From Tubulanus polymorphus (lineage: Eukaryota > Animalia > Nemertea), in NCBI RefSeq assembly GCF_964204645.1, contig NC_134034.1, forward strand, positions 9,932,962 through 9,996,961: 64,000 nucleotides of DNA, written 5' to 3'. Both the position numbers and the translations under genes were made by a program. Positions 1 to 13,849 of the stretch are shown piece after piece. The notes below the pieces were generated by a model. It did not search any database and was not told the DNA's origin. It worked only from the letters and a program-made list of their open reading frames with translations. Position 1 is the stretch's first letter. Each line of letters begins with the position of its first letter.

Positions 1-132
1 GTCGTATCGGTATCGGTATCGGATTAGCGGTCGCCTGCAGTCAGGTGACCGGTTTCTCGTATCTGCTCTACCAATTAGCGACATCCGACGTGCAGCGTTT
101 TATTAGTCGAGATGCCCGACGGTGTACTTAAA

Positions 133-437
133 ATGAGATATGAGGTTGTTGAGTGAGATATGAGGTTGTTGAGTGAGATATGAGGTTGTTGAGTGAGATG
201 TGAGGTTGTTGAGCTAGATGTGAGGTCGCTGTGTGGGAGGTGAGTTGCCGAATGAGATACGAGGTTGCCGAGTGAGATATGAGGTTGCCGAGTGAGATAT
301 GAGGTTGTTGAGTGAGATGTGAGGTCGCCGTGTGGCAGGCAAGTTGCCGAGTGAGATATGAGGTTTTTGAGTGAGGTCGCTGTGTGGGAGGCAAGTTGCC
401 GAGTGAGATATGAGGTTGTTGAGTGAGATATGAGGCT
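133..437. repeat. 20-bp minisatellite (gagtgagatatgaggttgtt)
   Basis: Direct tandem copies. Confidence 0.9.
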
Positions 438-1475
438 AATGAACCTCGCCTCCTTTCCTTAGGATTGTATCTAATAATTACACTCATAGCAGGTGATCGG
501 TTACCATGGTAACGGATAGATAAGCAGTTCGGCGCCGAAAGGTGCAGTGATTTTTAAACTTTTTTAAGGAAGGAGTTAGGGTCAATTGCTGCTCTTAATG
601 TAAATGAGCATCAGAGCTCATTTCTCTGAAAGAGGTGCGGGGAGGGCATTCGTAAAAAAAGCTTTGATCTTAGCCTTGAAAAAATGATAACTTATTTCTC
701 CCAATTCGTTTCGTAAACTGCGATACAATTTGTAATCAGTTTATAACTGCTGGCTTGTTGTTATTAGCTTGAACATGATTTAAGAAAAAATAGTGAAGCG
801 AGTTAGTTACTCTTATTATCCGCCGTTTGTCCCAAAACGGAATTTAGAAAGGGTTAGCAGCCCTAAGGATGGATAGGCTGCCGGCCGGGTCATGTTTCAA
901 CAGTAATGAAAAACAAGGTATGGATTGTTTCTAGCAACTGGTCGCAAATGGGTGCGTATGTTGACTGCAACCGTTTTTGCGGAGAATGCGTGCGACTAGT
1001 CCGCGTCGGTCGCAAGAACGGTATTTGCCAGACTACCGGATGGGGTCGCGTCGATGAAATAGAAACTTATTGTGCCCAACTGCCCAATTGCTAAAGGTCA
1101 CGATGTCAAAGGACGCAATCGTCGCTCGGTGTCGCGGAGAATCGCGTCGTAACAAGGCCGTCCCATCGTGTCCTTTACGTAGACCGGCGTCGGAATCGGG
1201 TTTTTCTAGTCGCGGATATTTTTTGTTGTTTCGGAAATGGATTCGTCTCGATTTTTCAGGGTGACATTTGAACTTTTAAGAAATTGATTGTGAAGCGGAT
1301 ATAAAAAAATCCCTCGTCATTTCTCTCCCCCTCCTAGCTCTCGTGTTACAAATGTTACTTCCGTAAATAGCTCTCGTTCTACTGCTGCGCGCGCGTGGAC
1401 GAATGGAGTTGCTGACATCACGTACCGTTTTACATTGGCCTTATTTCCATACAGATTCTTGACTGGGAACTATCT

Positions 1476-2325
1476 CTGACGCACACAGAGCTGTCAACCA
1501 TCCCTGATTGTCAGCAACTGTCTCTGAAAATACTTTACTTTCCCCCCTGACGCACAGAGGGCTGTCAACCATCCCTGATTGTCAGCAACAGTCTCTGAAA
1601 ATACTTCACTGTCCCCCCTGACGCACACAGAGCTGTCAACCATCCCTGATTGTCAGCAACTGCCTCTGAAAATACTGAACTGTTCCCTTGACGCACGCAG
1701 AGCTGTCAACCATCCCTGATTGTCAGCAACTGTCTCTGAAAATACTTCACTGTCCCCCCTGACACACGCAGAGCTGTCAACCATCCCTGATTGTCAGCAA
1801 CTGTCTCTGAAAATACTGAACTGTTCCCTTGACGCACGCAGAGCTGTCAACCATCCCTGATTGTCAGCAACAGTCTCTGAAAATACTTTACTGTCCCCCC
1901 CCCTGACGCACACAGAGCTGTCAACCATCCCTGATTGTCAGCAACAGTCTCTGAAAATACTGAACTGTACCCCTGATGCACACAGAGCTGTCAACCATCC
2001 CTGATTATCAGCAACAATCTCTGAAAATACTTTACTGTCCCCCCTGACACACACAGAGCTGTCAACCATCTCTGCCCTGAAGATCAGCAACAATCTCTGA
2101 AAATACTTTACTGTCCCCCCTGACACACCAGAGGTGTCAACCATCCCTGATTGTCAGCAACAGTCTCTGAAAATACTTTACAGTCCCCCCTGACAACCCA
2201 GAGGTGTCAACCATTCCTGATTGTCAGCAACAGTCTCTGAAAATACTTTACAGTCCCCCCTGACAACCCAGATGTGTCAACCATTCCTGATTGTCAGCAA
2301 CAGTCTCTTGAAAATACTTTACAGT
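1476..2325. repeat. ~70-bp tandem repeat, ~12 copies
   Basis: Recurrent gagctgtcaaccatccctgattgtcagcaac unit. Confidence 0.9.
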
Positions 2326-2599
2326 GACCCTGTGCGATGTTTGTGTTGCTGGTTTGTTGTCGTTGTCATCTGTAGAATCTGTCTCTCTCTGTCTCTCTTT
2401 CTACGGTGTGTCGTACTACTCAGCGAGATGTTGACGGTGATGTTGAGGAATTCTATTTTTAGTAACGAGCATCTCTCCCAGTTGTATGGATGGCTATGAA
2501 ATCAATATCGAATGTTACAGATATTGTGTGTGAGTGTGTGAGCGTGCGTGGTTTTGTACAGGTGAGTGTGTGTGTCTGTTCAATTATTGTCATGTGTTC

Positions 2600-2706
<107 letters not shown>

Positions 2707-3537
2707 TGATCAGGACTGATTCAACTGTAAGTGTCAGGACCGCAATTATAGAGTTCCGCGGTTGAAGGGGGTTGTACCTTACTGACCCGGAAAACCTTGA
2801 AGGGAATCAGAAAAATCATGGAAAATTTGGGGAATTTGACGGGTTTTGCGCTAAAAATACCCGGAAAACCTTGAAGGGAATCGGAAAACTCTACGAAAGA
2901 TGGGAATTCGACAAATGTTCCTTAGTTAAACGGGTGTCCACTGACCTGGAAAACCTTGAAAACTCAGGGAATCAGGGAAAAATGCAGAGAATTTGACAAA
3001 TTTTACCAAATATCTTGAAACTCGGGAGACATTCAGATAATGTTATCGACCACATGTTTCTTTATCAGTACGTGAATCGATGAAAAATGAATGAATTGTA
3101 ACATTTCAAATCTAGGAAATTTTATTTATTTCCCGGGGAAATTTTTTATAATCACATGGAATAATCAGGAAAGGGGATTTGTAAACGAGTGGATAGTGAA
3201 TGTAGGTTAAGTTTTGACTTAAGCGTTAACTCACCGAAAATGAACTTACTGATTTTAGCTTATTCGGGACGATCGTGGCGAGCGATATAGCCGGGGGTAG
3301 GGATGGCGCAATTGACTTGAATTTCATTATGTCTACTTTTCTCGCGACTGGCTGTCGATGTCTTACCGCAACCCGGTTTGGGCTTTACACATCTCGAAAT
3401 TGAATTCGCTTATCGTGGAATTGAATTTTAAGCGCGGAAAAATGACGAAAAACCCTAAAGATAAGATTCCTTGAGCTATTTATTTTCAACGTTTCCACTT
3501 TATCTCGTCGTAGTCATCTTCATCTATATATATATAT

Positions 3538-3599
<62 letters not shown>

Positions 3600-4047
3600 C
3601 CAAAATCCAAAGGCTAGAATGCTAATGGGCTCAGTTATTGCTAATTAGATAAGATTTTCGGGATATAATAGTGAAATTATTCAGTTGAAATTATAGATTT
3701 TAGATTATTTGGCAGTGCATTCCGATGTTTAGGAGGTCCCTTGTAGATGAGGTGTTCACCGTTTTTCGATCGATGTGAATATTGTTATATAGTCACGCGG
3801 TAATCACGGTTCGTTTGCGTCTACAGAAAGCACAAAAGGTCGCGTAAGGTTGAATACATGCGGTTATATGCTGTAACCGTTATAACTGGTGTCAGTTGAT
3901 TCTGAGTTCAATGATAATCAAATTATGATTCGATGATAGCCGCGCCCAAACATGTCACGATTAAATTGCACTTTAGGCTTTCGATTTATACGATCTTCGG
4001 TCGTTAACTTCATGTGGTGTTTGTCTTAAAACCCAGTTAAGGTTATT

Positions 4048-4425
4048 GTGCCACAAGTGGAATCCTCTATTTCCACAGTATGTGTTGTCCTACTGCACAC
4101 TAGTGACACCTCGTGGATCCTAATTTTCCACAAGTGGAATCCTTTATTCCCGCAGTAGTTGTTGTCCTACTGCACACTAGCGACACCTGGTGGATTCTCA
4201 CTTGCCACAAGTGGAATCCTCTATTTCCACAGTAGTTTTGTCCTACTGCACACTAGGGACACCTGGTGGATTCTCACTTGCCACAAGTGGAATCCTCTAT
4301 TTCCACATAAGTTTTGTCCTACTGCTCACTAGCGACACCTGGTGGATTCTCACTTGCCACAAGTGGAATCCTCTATTTCCACATAAGTTTTGTCCTACTG
4401 CACACTAGCGACACCTGGTGCCACA
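4048..4425. repeat. ~76-bp dispersed/tandem repeat (cctactgcacactagcgacacctggtggatcctcacttgccacaagtggaatcctc)
   Basis: Tandem here. Also at 4730-4905, 7215-7360, 8020-8170, 22150-22640, 50450-50675 (inverted), 56270 and 61085. Confidence 0.85.
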
Positions 4426-4544
4426 GAAGTTAATATCTTACGATGTGAGGCCTTGTGTATCCTCACTTGCCACATGCAGAATCCTCGCCTGCACAGAAGT
4501 TTGTTGAGTTGTCATTCAAGTTTTCTTTTGGTTTTTTTTTTCAG

Positions 4545-4596
4545 AGATGTAATATATAAGGAAATATGGATTTTAATCTGCCGAACCAAGATCCTA
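4545..4596 (+). CDS. HDAC4: Putative alternative HDAC4 5' exon (ATG 4566, MDFNLPNQDP)
   Basis: Strong acceptor (tttttttttcag) and donor (a|gtaagt). It ends in phase 1, compatible with 12217-12237 and 18690-18752, and there is an in-frame stop upstream of the ATG. Confidence 0.5.
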
Positions 4597-5821
4597 GTAA
4601 GTCATCATTTTTATTTCAACAATTGCAAATGTAAATGAAAATTTGTGGAAACTCATGCAGTTTAACTGAATTTTTTTAAATGACGTGATCATTGAACTCG
4701 AGAAGATTTGGCATTTTTAACCGTATCGATGTCCTACTGCACACTAGCGTGGATCCTAACTTGTACAAGTGGAATCCTCTTTCACGGCAGTTGATGATGT
4801 CCTACTGCACACTAGCGACACCTAGTGAATCCCCACTTGCCACAAATGGAATCCTCTATTGCTGCAATAATGTAACTCCTACTGCACACTAGCGGTGCCT
4901 GGTGGATGTATAGAAAGAAAGCAATGATTTCGACGGTTTCGGACGAATACAGAAAATTTGCGTAAATTTAAATTTAGTGAAAGATGATAATGCAGTGCCG
5001 TCGGAACAGGGGTGGCCCCACTTTTTTGCTTAACAACAATTTTTTCAAAAGCACGCTGTACTGCGTGGCAGCTGGTCGTTCTCTGTACTAGGTGGTTGGC
5101 TCACGACTTCTCATGCTTCAGTGAATGAGACCGGAAATGGCCCCAAAACGCATCTCCGGCGATTGAATTTTCAAAATTTTTCACGGGGAGGGCCCCCAGA
5201 CCACCCTCCAGAAATAAGCCTCGCCACTGAAAAATTCCTTCCGACGGCTCTGTAATGAAGATGTCGGTGATGATGACACAGTTTTTATCGCCGTTTATCT
5301 CCAGCCCAGTGTGTGTGTGTGTGTGTGTGCACGTGCCTGCATGTGTCAGTTTTTAGATGTGTATCAATTTTTTTTTAAACGGATCGATGTCGAACGCGAA
5401 TCGCCTGTAGTTTATTTATGTTCGAATTCAACTTTATAGAGCGCGATCGATCGTTCTATTTGCTGCTGCTGCTGCTGTCTCCGCTGCCTGCAGCAGTCGT
5501 ATCCATCCGATGCTGACTCACTGTTGTCATCACCGCGCATCCAGGTTATTTCATTATTTTAAAGGTCATTCGAATGATTTTATTCTAATGTATTTCTATT
5601 TTAAGCGCGCGGTTTAAGTTTTTGTCGGTAAAACACACGCGCACACACGGGCGGATATTATTCCACGGTTTATTGCGGCTGTTTTCATCGCGCAGTGTTT
5701 GCGCTGTTGTCGTGATTACGGATTACGCCCAGGGGCCGGTTCCACCATCGAGACTGTAGATTTTTGAAAAATGTTATTAAAGGTCATTCGAAATGATTCG
5801 GGGCGAATTCTTTCAACCATC

Positions 5822-5878
5822 GAGACCGGAACTCAAACCACGGATCTCGCGATTGCTCTACCTCTTGAGCTATCGGGG
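5822..5878 (-). mobile_element. tRNA-derived SINE fragment
   Basis: Minus strand cccgaTAGCTCAAGAGGtagagc...GGTTTGAGTTCCggtct shows A and B boxes. Confidence 0.4.
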
Positions 5879-5937
5879 TGACTTGCAGGTTTTCGCCCGA
5901 ACTCTTAATTCGTTCTAAAGGTCATTCGAATGATTTA

Positions 5938-6240
5938 ATGAGCTTAGACTGGTCCTAAGTAGTTAAATTGGTTATAGAACTAAAATAAGCTTAGACTGGT
6001 CTTAAGTTAAATTGGTTATAGAACTGAAATGAGTATAGACTCATCTTAAGTTATTAGATTGGCTATAGAACCAAAATGAGCTTAGACTGGTCTTAAGTTG
6101 TTAAATTGGTTATAGAACCAAAATGAGCTTAGACTGGTCTTAAGTTGTTAAATTGGTTATAGAACCAAAATGAGCTTTGACTGGTTTTAAGTTGTTAGAT
6201 CGGTTATAGAACTAAAATGAGTTTAGACTGGTTTTAAAAT
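5938..6240. repeat. 47-bp satellite (ttagattggttatagaaccaaaatgagcttagactggtcttaagttg)
   Basis: Also at 8690-9205 (inverted), 9900-10090 and 59025-59200. Confidence 0.85.
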
Positions 6241-9200
6241 CAAGACGGACTTTACAACAAACAAAAATGTTTTTAAAATGATTTTTGCAAAATTCTGGGA
6301 GACAAATCCGTATCCAAGTAATCAAAGAAAAAGGCCTTACTAAATATCACCTTATGTCGCATGATGCACTCAATATCATCATGTTCTTGATAGTGAACAC
6401 GTTTTGCGTGGTCCTGTATAGGTCTCTTCACATCTAGCTCGGGGTCACGATTCGCGCCGGTCGACGACAATTTCGCACGAACGTTTCCTCCGCTCGCTCG
6501 ACGACGACGACGATGGCATTTCGCCTTTCTGTCCACGTCTATCTTTTTTTCGAGGTCGAAAACGTGACAATTTGCGCGTCCTTATGAAGCGACTCGAGCG
6601 GAATGTGTTTTTACCGTCGCGCGAAAGACAGATTTTTCCGAGCTTTTACGCGTCGCGCCCGGAGGAATCGACGAACACCTATGAAAAAAAGTCTTACCGA
6701 AGAATATCTAAGAGTAAAAAAAAAAATCACCTGTAATCATTCTGATAATTCGGCGAGCGGTTACCTGCTGTCTCACTAGATGGCGCGTTTTTATCGAAAT
6801 CAACCTTTCAACTGAATTTTTAGGCTCCCGAATCCATTACATTATGCTGACATCTGACAAATAAAAAAATGAAAAACGTGGGTCTTCCAAGTATGTATTT
6901 ATTTTGTGAACATTTATTTTGTGTTAAGTGCCTGTCCTTTGTTTAGAATACATCGAAATGCATGCGGATGCCTCTGATTTTTCAACATTTCATGGGGGAG
7001 GACCAGCGGACCTCCCCTCGCGCCTAGGGTGTACGCCTTTGTGGAAACCCGACGTATGCCTTTTTTCCTGTGATGTCTGAGCAATTTAAAAATGAAGATA
7101 CGTTGCTGTATCACGGGACAGTCGTTCGTCTTTGGGGAAAAAGTCGATGCGATATTAAATGATATATTGAAGAAATTGTGAAAAATTGAGAGGCGCAAAA
7201 ATGTCAAGAAACGACTAGTGACATCTGGTGGATCCTCACCTGCCACAAGTGGAATCCTCTATTGTCGCAGCTGTAGCAGTTACTGTACACTAGTGACATC
7301 TGGTGGATCCTCACCCGCCACAAGTGGAATCCTCTATTGCCGCAGCTGTAGCAGTTACTGCGCCCTGTTTGTAGTTTGACTGAAAGTCGATTTGATTTTA
7401 AATGAAATAGATTGAAGAAATTGTGAGAAATTAAGGCGCAACTATGTCAAATAACTACTAGTGACATCTAGTGGATCCTCATTTATCAGAGCTGTGTCCG
7501 AGGTTCCCGTTGATAAATCCATGCGCGACCGAACTCGCTTTGAAAGTTTCTAGATTTATGATCTACACGATGTTGCCTGCCTGTGCGTTACCATCACCGC
7601 GCTGGAACTTAAACCTATAAACATGTGAAATATTTAAAAAGATGTCTACAATGAACGAACGAACGAACGAACGAACGAACGAACACTCCCATCGGTAGCA
7701 CTTGATAAGTTAACAGTTTTAGGGAGTGTTTTACACTGCAGCACGCTATGCGGTTTGCGCTAGTAAAACAGTGCAGTTCACGACGAGTATACGCCCGAGC
7801 GTTTTGTAATTTCGTAGATTTGAAAAAAAGATAAATCTTTCTCGCGTTTGTTCGCGCATAACGGGCAGCTTTGATAAGCGATCGCGTAGTAGAATTCGGA
7901 GGAAGTTGTGGATTGGTTTCGATTGAATTCGAGGAGGAACCTGGATCATAGTCTTAATGCGACAAATCGTTGATCCTCACGTAGGCCTACCACGAGTGGA
8001 ATATTATGTTATTCATCTGCAATACCTGGCGGATCCTCGCCTGCCACAAGTGGAATCCTCTATTGTCACAGTAGTTGATGTCCCACTGACACCTGGTGGA
8101 CCCTTGTTTTCCTCTATGGTCACAGTATTTGATGTCCCACTGCACACTAGCGACACGTGATGCATACTCACTGGCTACAGTTTAGATTGCGAGTTCCTCA
8201 TTTCTTAAATTTAAACCATGTGAATCTCCCTCTCCCTCTCCCTCTTACTCCGTTCGTAGCAACAGGTATCTACCAGCTGTTTCTCTGTGATCAATCAAAC
8301 CTCGGATATTCATTCAAAAAAACCTTCACGTAGTTTTTTTTGGTTTGTTTGTTGTTTTCCACTCCTCGCTCGCTCTCCCTAGTGACCTATTCAGTGCTTT
8401 GAAGCACTTTCAAACTTTGAAGCGATGATCCTGAATTTTAACTCCTTTAATCTTTGGGTCCCGGGGCCGTCGGCACCCTCAGGGTTGAAATTGAAGGAAC
8501 ACTGGTCTATGTAGATGATATTATGGATTTTAGACGATCTAACAATTCGAAACAATTTCTTTTTACTTAGTGGGACTTGATTGCACAACTTGACCCTGTC
8601 TTATAAGTGTGGATATCAGTTGTGGACAGGCATTTGCGAAATCAAGCCTTAGATTCAACACCAGTCTCAACGCTTAGGTTCTCGATCAATCTTACAACTT
8701 GAGACCAGTCTAAGCCCATTTTAGTTCTATAGCAAATCCAACAACTTAAGACCAGTCTAAGCCCATTTTAGTTCTATAGCCAATCCAACAACCTAAGACC
8801 AGCCTAAGTTAATTTTAGTTCTATAACCAATCTTACTACTTGAGACCAGTCTAAGCCCATTTTAGTTCTAAAGCCAATCAAACTGCTTAAGGCCAGTCTA
8901 AGTTAACTTTGGTTCTATAACCAATCTTACAACAGTCTAAGCTCATTTTAGTTCTATAGCAAATCCAACAACCTAAGACCAGCCTAAGTTAATTTTGGTT
9001 CTATAACCAATCTTACAACTTGAGACCAGTCTAAGCCCATTTTAGTTCGATAGCAAATCCAACAACTTAAGACCAGCCTAAGTTAATTTTGGTTCTATAA
9101 CCAATCTTACTACTTTTTAAGCCCATTTAAGTTCTATCGCCAATCCAACAACTTAAGGCCAGCCTAAGTTAATTTTGGCTCTACAACCAATCTAACAACT

Positions 9201-9600
9201 TAAAACTAGTCAAACGCTTCCTGTTTAACTGCGTTTATTTAGATCCCTTTTCTCTCCTCGAGTAGAAATCTATTTTCGTAGCTGTTGCGCTATATATAAC
9301 CGTTACGAGTGCAGTAAACATCAGTAAATAGGTCCTCTCTCTCCTCTCCCCCCTCCCTCTCTCTCTTAACCAGCGGATAAAAATACCGCCGAACAAGTTC
9401 GATTTTCTCGTGCGTAGTCGTCGGACGACGGACCCGAGAGTTTTACGGAATATTCCTGGATTTTTTGTCGAACATTCCGGATAGATGTTTCTCAATCGAT
9501 ATGGACGTCGATGTGTTTTGTAAGTCGTGTTTCTTCTCGCGTCGTTTCTAGGTATCCTGTCTACTAGGCCTGGGCCCCGCAGTCTTATGTTAATGTCTCT

Positions 9601-9740
9601 GGGGCCGGTTCCATAGACAGGGCTCAGACTTAAGACCGACCTAAGACAAACTTAGTTCTATAGCCAATCTAACAACTTAAGACCAGTCTTAAGGTTTAAG
9701 ACCACTTCTGGTCTTAGGTCTTGACTATGGAACTGGCCCC
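9601..9740. mobile_element. MITE with GGGGCCRGTTCCATAG terminal inverted repeats (PIF/Harbinger-like); second copy inverted at 53944-54082
   Basis: 16-bp TIRs seen directly. The internal sequence carries the 47-bp satellite unit. Confidence 0.7.
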
Positions 9741-10479
9741 CTAGAGTAACAGGTCTTGATTTGGTGCGGTCTAGTTTCGAATGGTCGATCCAGGTCTGTT
9801 TTAGCCGGGGAAGTCTCATCACACTTCCCTAGTTTAGCACATTCAGTACAGACCCGGTTACATCCATGACTGAAATGTTCATGAAGATGTCCACTGTCCC
9901 TTAGACTAGTTAAATGTTAGATTGGTTATAGAACTAGAATGATCTTAGAACGGCCTTAAGTTGTTAGATTCGTTATAGAACTAAAATGAACTGGTCTTAA
10001 GTTGTTAGAACTAACTTAGGCTATGGAACTAAAACAAGCTTAGACTGGTCTTAAGTTGTTAGATTGGTTATAGAACCAAAATGAACTGGTCCCTAACTAC
10101 GGCCCGGGGCGAGGGCTGGTGTCGGGGTTTCAACGGTGTCCACGTTTATAAAGCATTTAAGAAATCTGTTCTCTACGTATTTAACTCTTAAACGCCGTTG
10201 ATTTATGTTGTTTTTTTGTTTCTGTTGTTGAAATCACAACTCTATCGGTAGAACTGGTATAGTAGCGTATATAGAATAGCGTGTAGTACTGTTTCCTGCT
10301 ACGATACTATATCGACTATTATCACACGTCTTATCGTCGAGTGTTGAACGTGACAATTTAATTAGATATTAATGAACTGAGGAAGAACAACGATGGGGGG
10401 GATAATGTGAAATGTGGGAAGTGGAAAGAGGTGTGACAATTGAGAAGGGAAGGGCGAAAGAATGAGAAAGATCGATTGA

Positions 10480-12035
10480 GAGGGAGAGAGAGAGGGAGAA
10501 GAGAGAAAGAAGAGACAGAGGTAGAGAGAAAGGGTAATCGAGTGGGAAGAGAGGGAGAGGGAGAGGAAGAGGGAGAAGAGAGAAAGAAGAGACAGAGGTA
10601 GAGAGAAAGGGGTAATCGAGTGGGAAGAGAGGGAGAGGGAGAGGAAGAGGGAGAAGAGAGAAAGAAGAGACAGAGGTAGAGAGAAAGAGTAATGGAGTGG
10701 GAAGAGAGGGAGAGGGAGAGGAAGAGGGAGAAGGAGAAAGAAGAGACAGAGGTAGAGAGAAAGGGTAATCGAGTGGGAAGAGAGGGAGAGGGAGAGGAAG
10801 AGGGAGAAGAGAGAAAGAAGAGACAGAGGTAGAGAGAAAGGGTAATCGAGTGGGAAGAGAGGGAGAGGGAGAGGAAGAGGGAGAAGAGAGAAAGAAGAGA
10901 CAGAGGTAGAGAGAAAGGGGTAATGGAGTGGGAAGAGAGGGAGAGGGAGAGGAAGAGGGAGAAGGAGAAAGAAGAGACAGAGGTAGAGAGAAAGGGTAAT
11001 CGAGTGGGAAGAGAGGGAGAGGGAGAGGAAGAGGGAGAAGAGAGAAAGAAGAGACAGAGGTAGAGAGAAAGGGTAATCGAGTGGGAAGAGAGGGAGAGGG
11101 AGAGGAAGAGGGAGAAGGAGAAAGAAGAGACAGAGGTAGAGAGAAAGGGTAATCGAGTGGGAAGAGAGGGAGAGGGAGAGGAAGAGGGAGAAGAGAGAAA
11201 GAAGAGACAGAGGTAGAGAGAAAGGGGTAATGGAGTGGGAAGAGAGGGAGAGGGAGAGGGAGAGGAAGAAGAGAGAAAGAAGAGACAGAGGTAGAGAGAA
11301 AGGGGTAATCGAGTGGGAAGAGAGGGAGAGGGAGAGGAAGAGGGAGAAGAGAGAAAGAAGAGACAGAGGTAGAGAGAAAGGGTAATCGAGTGGGAAGAGA
11401 GGGAGAGGGAGAGGAAGAGGGAGAAGAGAGAAAGAAGAGACAGAGGTAGAGAGAAAGGGGTAATCGAGTGGGAAGAGAGGGAGAGGGAGAGGAAGAGGGA
11501 GAAGAGAGAAAGAAGAGACAGAGGTAGAGAGAAAGAGTAATGGAGTGGGAAGAGAGGGAGAGGGAGAGGAAGAGGGAGAAGAGAGAAAGAAGAGACAGAG
11601 GTAGAGAGAAAGGGGTAATCGAGTGGGAAGAGAGGGAGAGGGAGAGGAAGAGGGAGAAGAGAGAAAGAAGAGACAGAGGTAGAGAGAAAGGGTAATCGAG
11701 TGGGAAGAGAGGGAGAGGGAGAGGAAGAGGGAGAAGAGAGAAAGAAGAGACAGAGGTAGAGAGAAAGGGGTAATCGAGTGGGAAGAGAGGGAGAGGGAGA
11801 GGAAGAGGGAGAAGAGAGAAAGAAGAGACAGAGGTAGAGAGAAAGAGTAATGGAGTGGGAAGAGAGGGAGAGGGAGAGGAAGAGGGAGAAGGAGAAAGAA
11901 GAGACAGAGGTAGAGAGAAAGGGTAATCGAGTGGGAAGAGAGGGAGAGGGAGAGGAAGAGGGAGAAGAGAGAAAGAAGAGACAGAGGTAGAGAGAAAGGG
12001 TAATCGAGTGGGAAGAGAGGGAGAGGGAGAGGATG
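10480..12035. repeat. ~77-bp purine-rich minisatellite, ~20 copies
   Basis: Recurrent gtaatcgagtgggaagagagggagaggg unit; the + strand is almost entirely A/G. Confidence 0.95.
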
Positions 12036-12216
12036 AAGAGACATAGATAGTAAGAGAAGAGAGAGAGGGATAGGTTGAAAAGAGTTGTTGTAGATGTGAT
12101 GTAAGGATGGGGTTAAGGGGTAGAGACGGGTAAGATGTGGTATAAGGAAGGGAGAAGGAAAAACTACTACAATGGATAAGATTGTCTGATTATTTCTTGT
12201 TTTCTTATCATTTCAG

Positions 12217-12237
12217 GCTATGCCTTAAAATCGAAAG
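12217..12237 (+). CDS. HDAC4: Putative 21-nt HDAC4 microexon (xYALKSK)
   Basis: Long polypyrimidine tract plus tttcag acceptor and aag|gtaagc donor. It is a symmetric phase 1-1 exon and is open in the HDAC4 frame. Confidence 0.5.
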
Positions 12238-12309
12238 GTAAGCGAATAATATTAATATCAGTGGACCGGTGAAAAAAACTGGATATTCTGGATTTATGTT
12301 TCCTTGCGG

Positions 12310-12432
12310 GGAAAATGCCTGTCCTTCTTGCTATGTGGCACAGTCATTCTCTGTCCGCCGGGATCAGAACCTGATGGCATCGAGACTCGCCACGGTACGA
12401 AACCCTGCCACACTAGACCGAGCGCGCAGCTT
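12310..12432 (-). mobile_element. tRNA-derived SINE-like fragment
   Basis: Minus strand has A-box-like cggtctagtgtgg and B-box-like ggttctgatcc. A partial inverted copy lies at 12558-12603. Confidence 0.4.
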
Positions 12433-13080
12433 AGATGATATCGGATATCCTATTATATTTTAGCCCGGGTTTTCCCATTTCTAGTTAATCCATGAAATTT
12501 ACCTCAGCGATTATACAACGAGCGATCTGATTGGTGCCGCAAGTTTCGGCGCGGCAAAGCTGCGCATGTATCTGCGCACCCGGTCTAGTGCGGCAGGGTT
12601 TCGCGCGATCTGTGAAAAACTGTAAAAAGAAATACATTTATTTCAATTTGAACGTCAAAAAACTGTACAGCTATTTCCGTACGCGTCATGAATCATAACC
12701 TGAAACGAGGACGGACTTTCAGCAATCTTGCAGTGTAGCTTTTTTGTTTTTCGTATGGAAAAAGTTGCGGTTGCAAATAGTTGTGTAACTACGCAAATTG
12801 ATATGTTTTTGGCCGCTGTTCACTCAATCGGGACGGTTCGTGACTAGCTTCACTGCGGTATTATTATTTGGTATTATTATTTATTAACATCGCCATATCA
12901 CATTATCAAGTTATATCGTGCCTTGAAACCCTAACAGCTGAAATAATAGAAATTCATGTACAATTTCTAACATTGGAAATTCAAAAGGAGGCCATGTTTA
13001 ATAAAATAAAATCCCACTATTTACAGATTAAAAGAATTTAAAAACAAGAATTTATTTATTAAATCTAAAATATTTAAAAG

Positions 13081-13122
13081 ACACGACGTTTCGATCTCAC
13101 CCTAGAGATCATCGTCAGGTGT
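13081..13122 (-). ncRNA. Minimal type I hammerhead ribozyme motif (Penelope-like element type)
   Basis: Minus strand reads acac-CTGACGA-t-gatctc tagggt gagatc-GAAA-cGTC-gtgt: intact core, 6-bp stem II, 4-bp stem I. Confidence 0.7.
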
Positions 13123-13849
13123 TTGGCCATGTTTGTTTCTGCTGCTTCGCGTAAATCCCGCGCGGAGTGGGGCCAATACTTAATGGAAGATGAGTAATGG
13201 AAGGTGAGTAGAATTTATCGTTAAATCTTGGACCATGAAAATTAGTCTGACTTGATGGTTCTGTTTTATGGTACGGTACTGTAGACTCCGCTGAAGACGG
13301 ATCTTTTTGACTTGACAGTGATATCTGAGTTGATTCGACGATCGTGATACGACCCCTCCCCCCGCTGTTCTGCGAGTTTGGTCGACGATCGTGATACGAC
13401 CCCCTGTACGTTGCACTGTTCTATTCCGGGAACATGCGTTTTATATTTAGACACCGGTGACAGCGGTTGCGGCGAATGATCGCTGATTAAAGTGAGTCGC
13501 TTCGTGTTTTTTTTTTTCATCATCTTTTCCTTATTCACTTTGGTTCGTCAGTTTTTCCTGTCCGTCGAATATTGATTAAGATTAATGAATTTTTTGAAGT
13601 GGTATTGGAATTAGTTTTTTGATCTTTAGAAAAGATTGCGTTTTCTTTAGAAAGGTTGAACATCCACGCTGGCTACCAGAGAATAGTGACGCGATGAGAT
13701 ATTTTGATGTCGGTCTTAGTCGATATCGCCAGACTGTTTTGGCTCGGGCCACATTCGGTATGTGCCTGATCGGGCCCGGGCACCGGCTCTATACCCGGGT
13801 CCTGTGCCAGATTTTAGCGTGAGTCGAATTCGCATGGACGCTTGCCGGT

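Noticed and set aside
10362-12044. 560-aa Leu/Ser/Pro-rich ORF on the - strand
   Set aside because: It is the translation of the purine minisatellite; stop codons are absent because of base composition.
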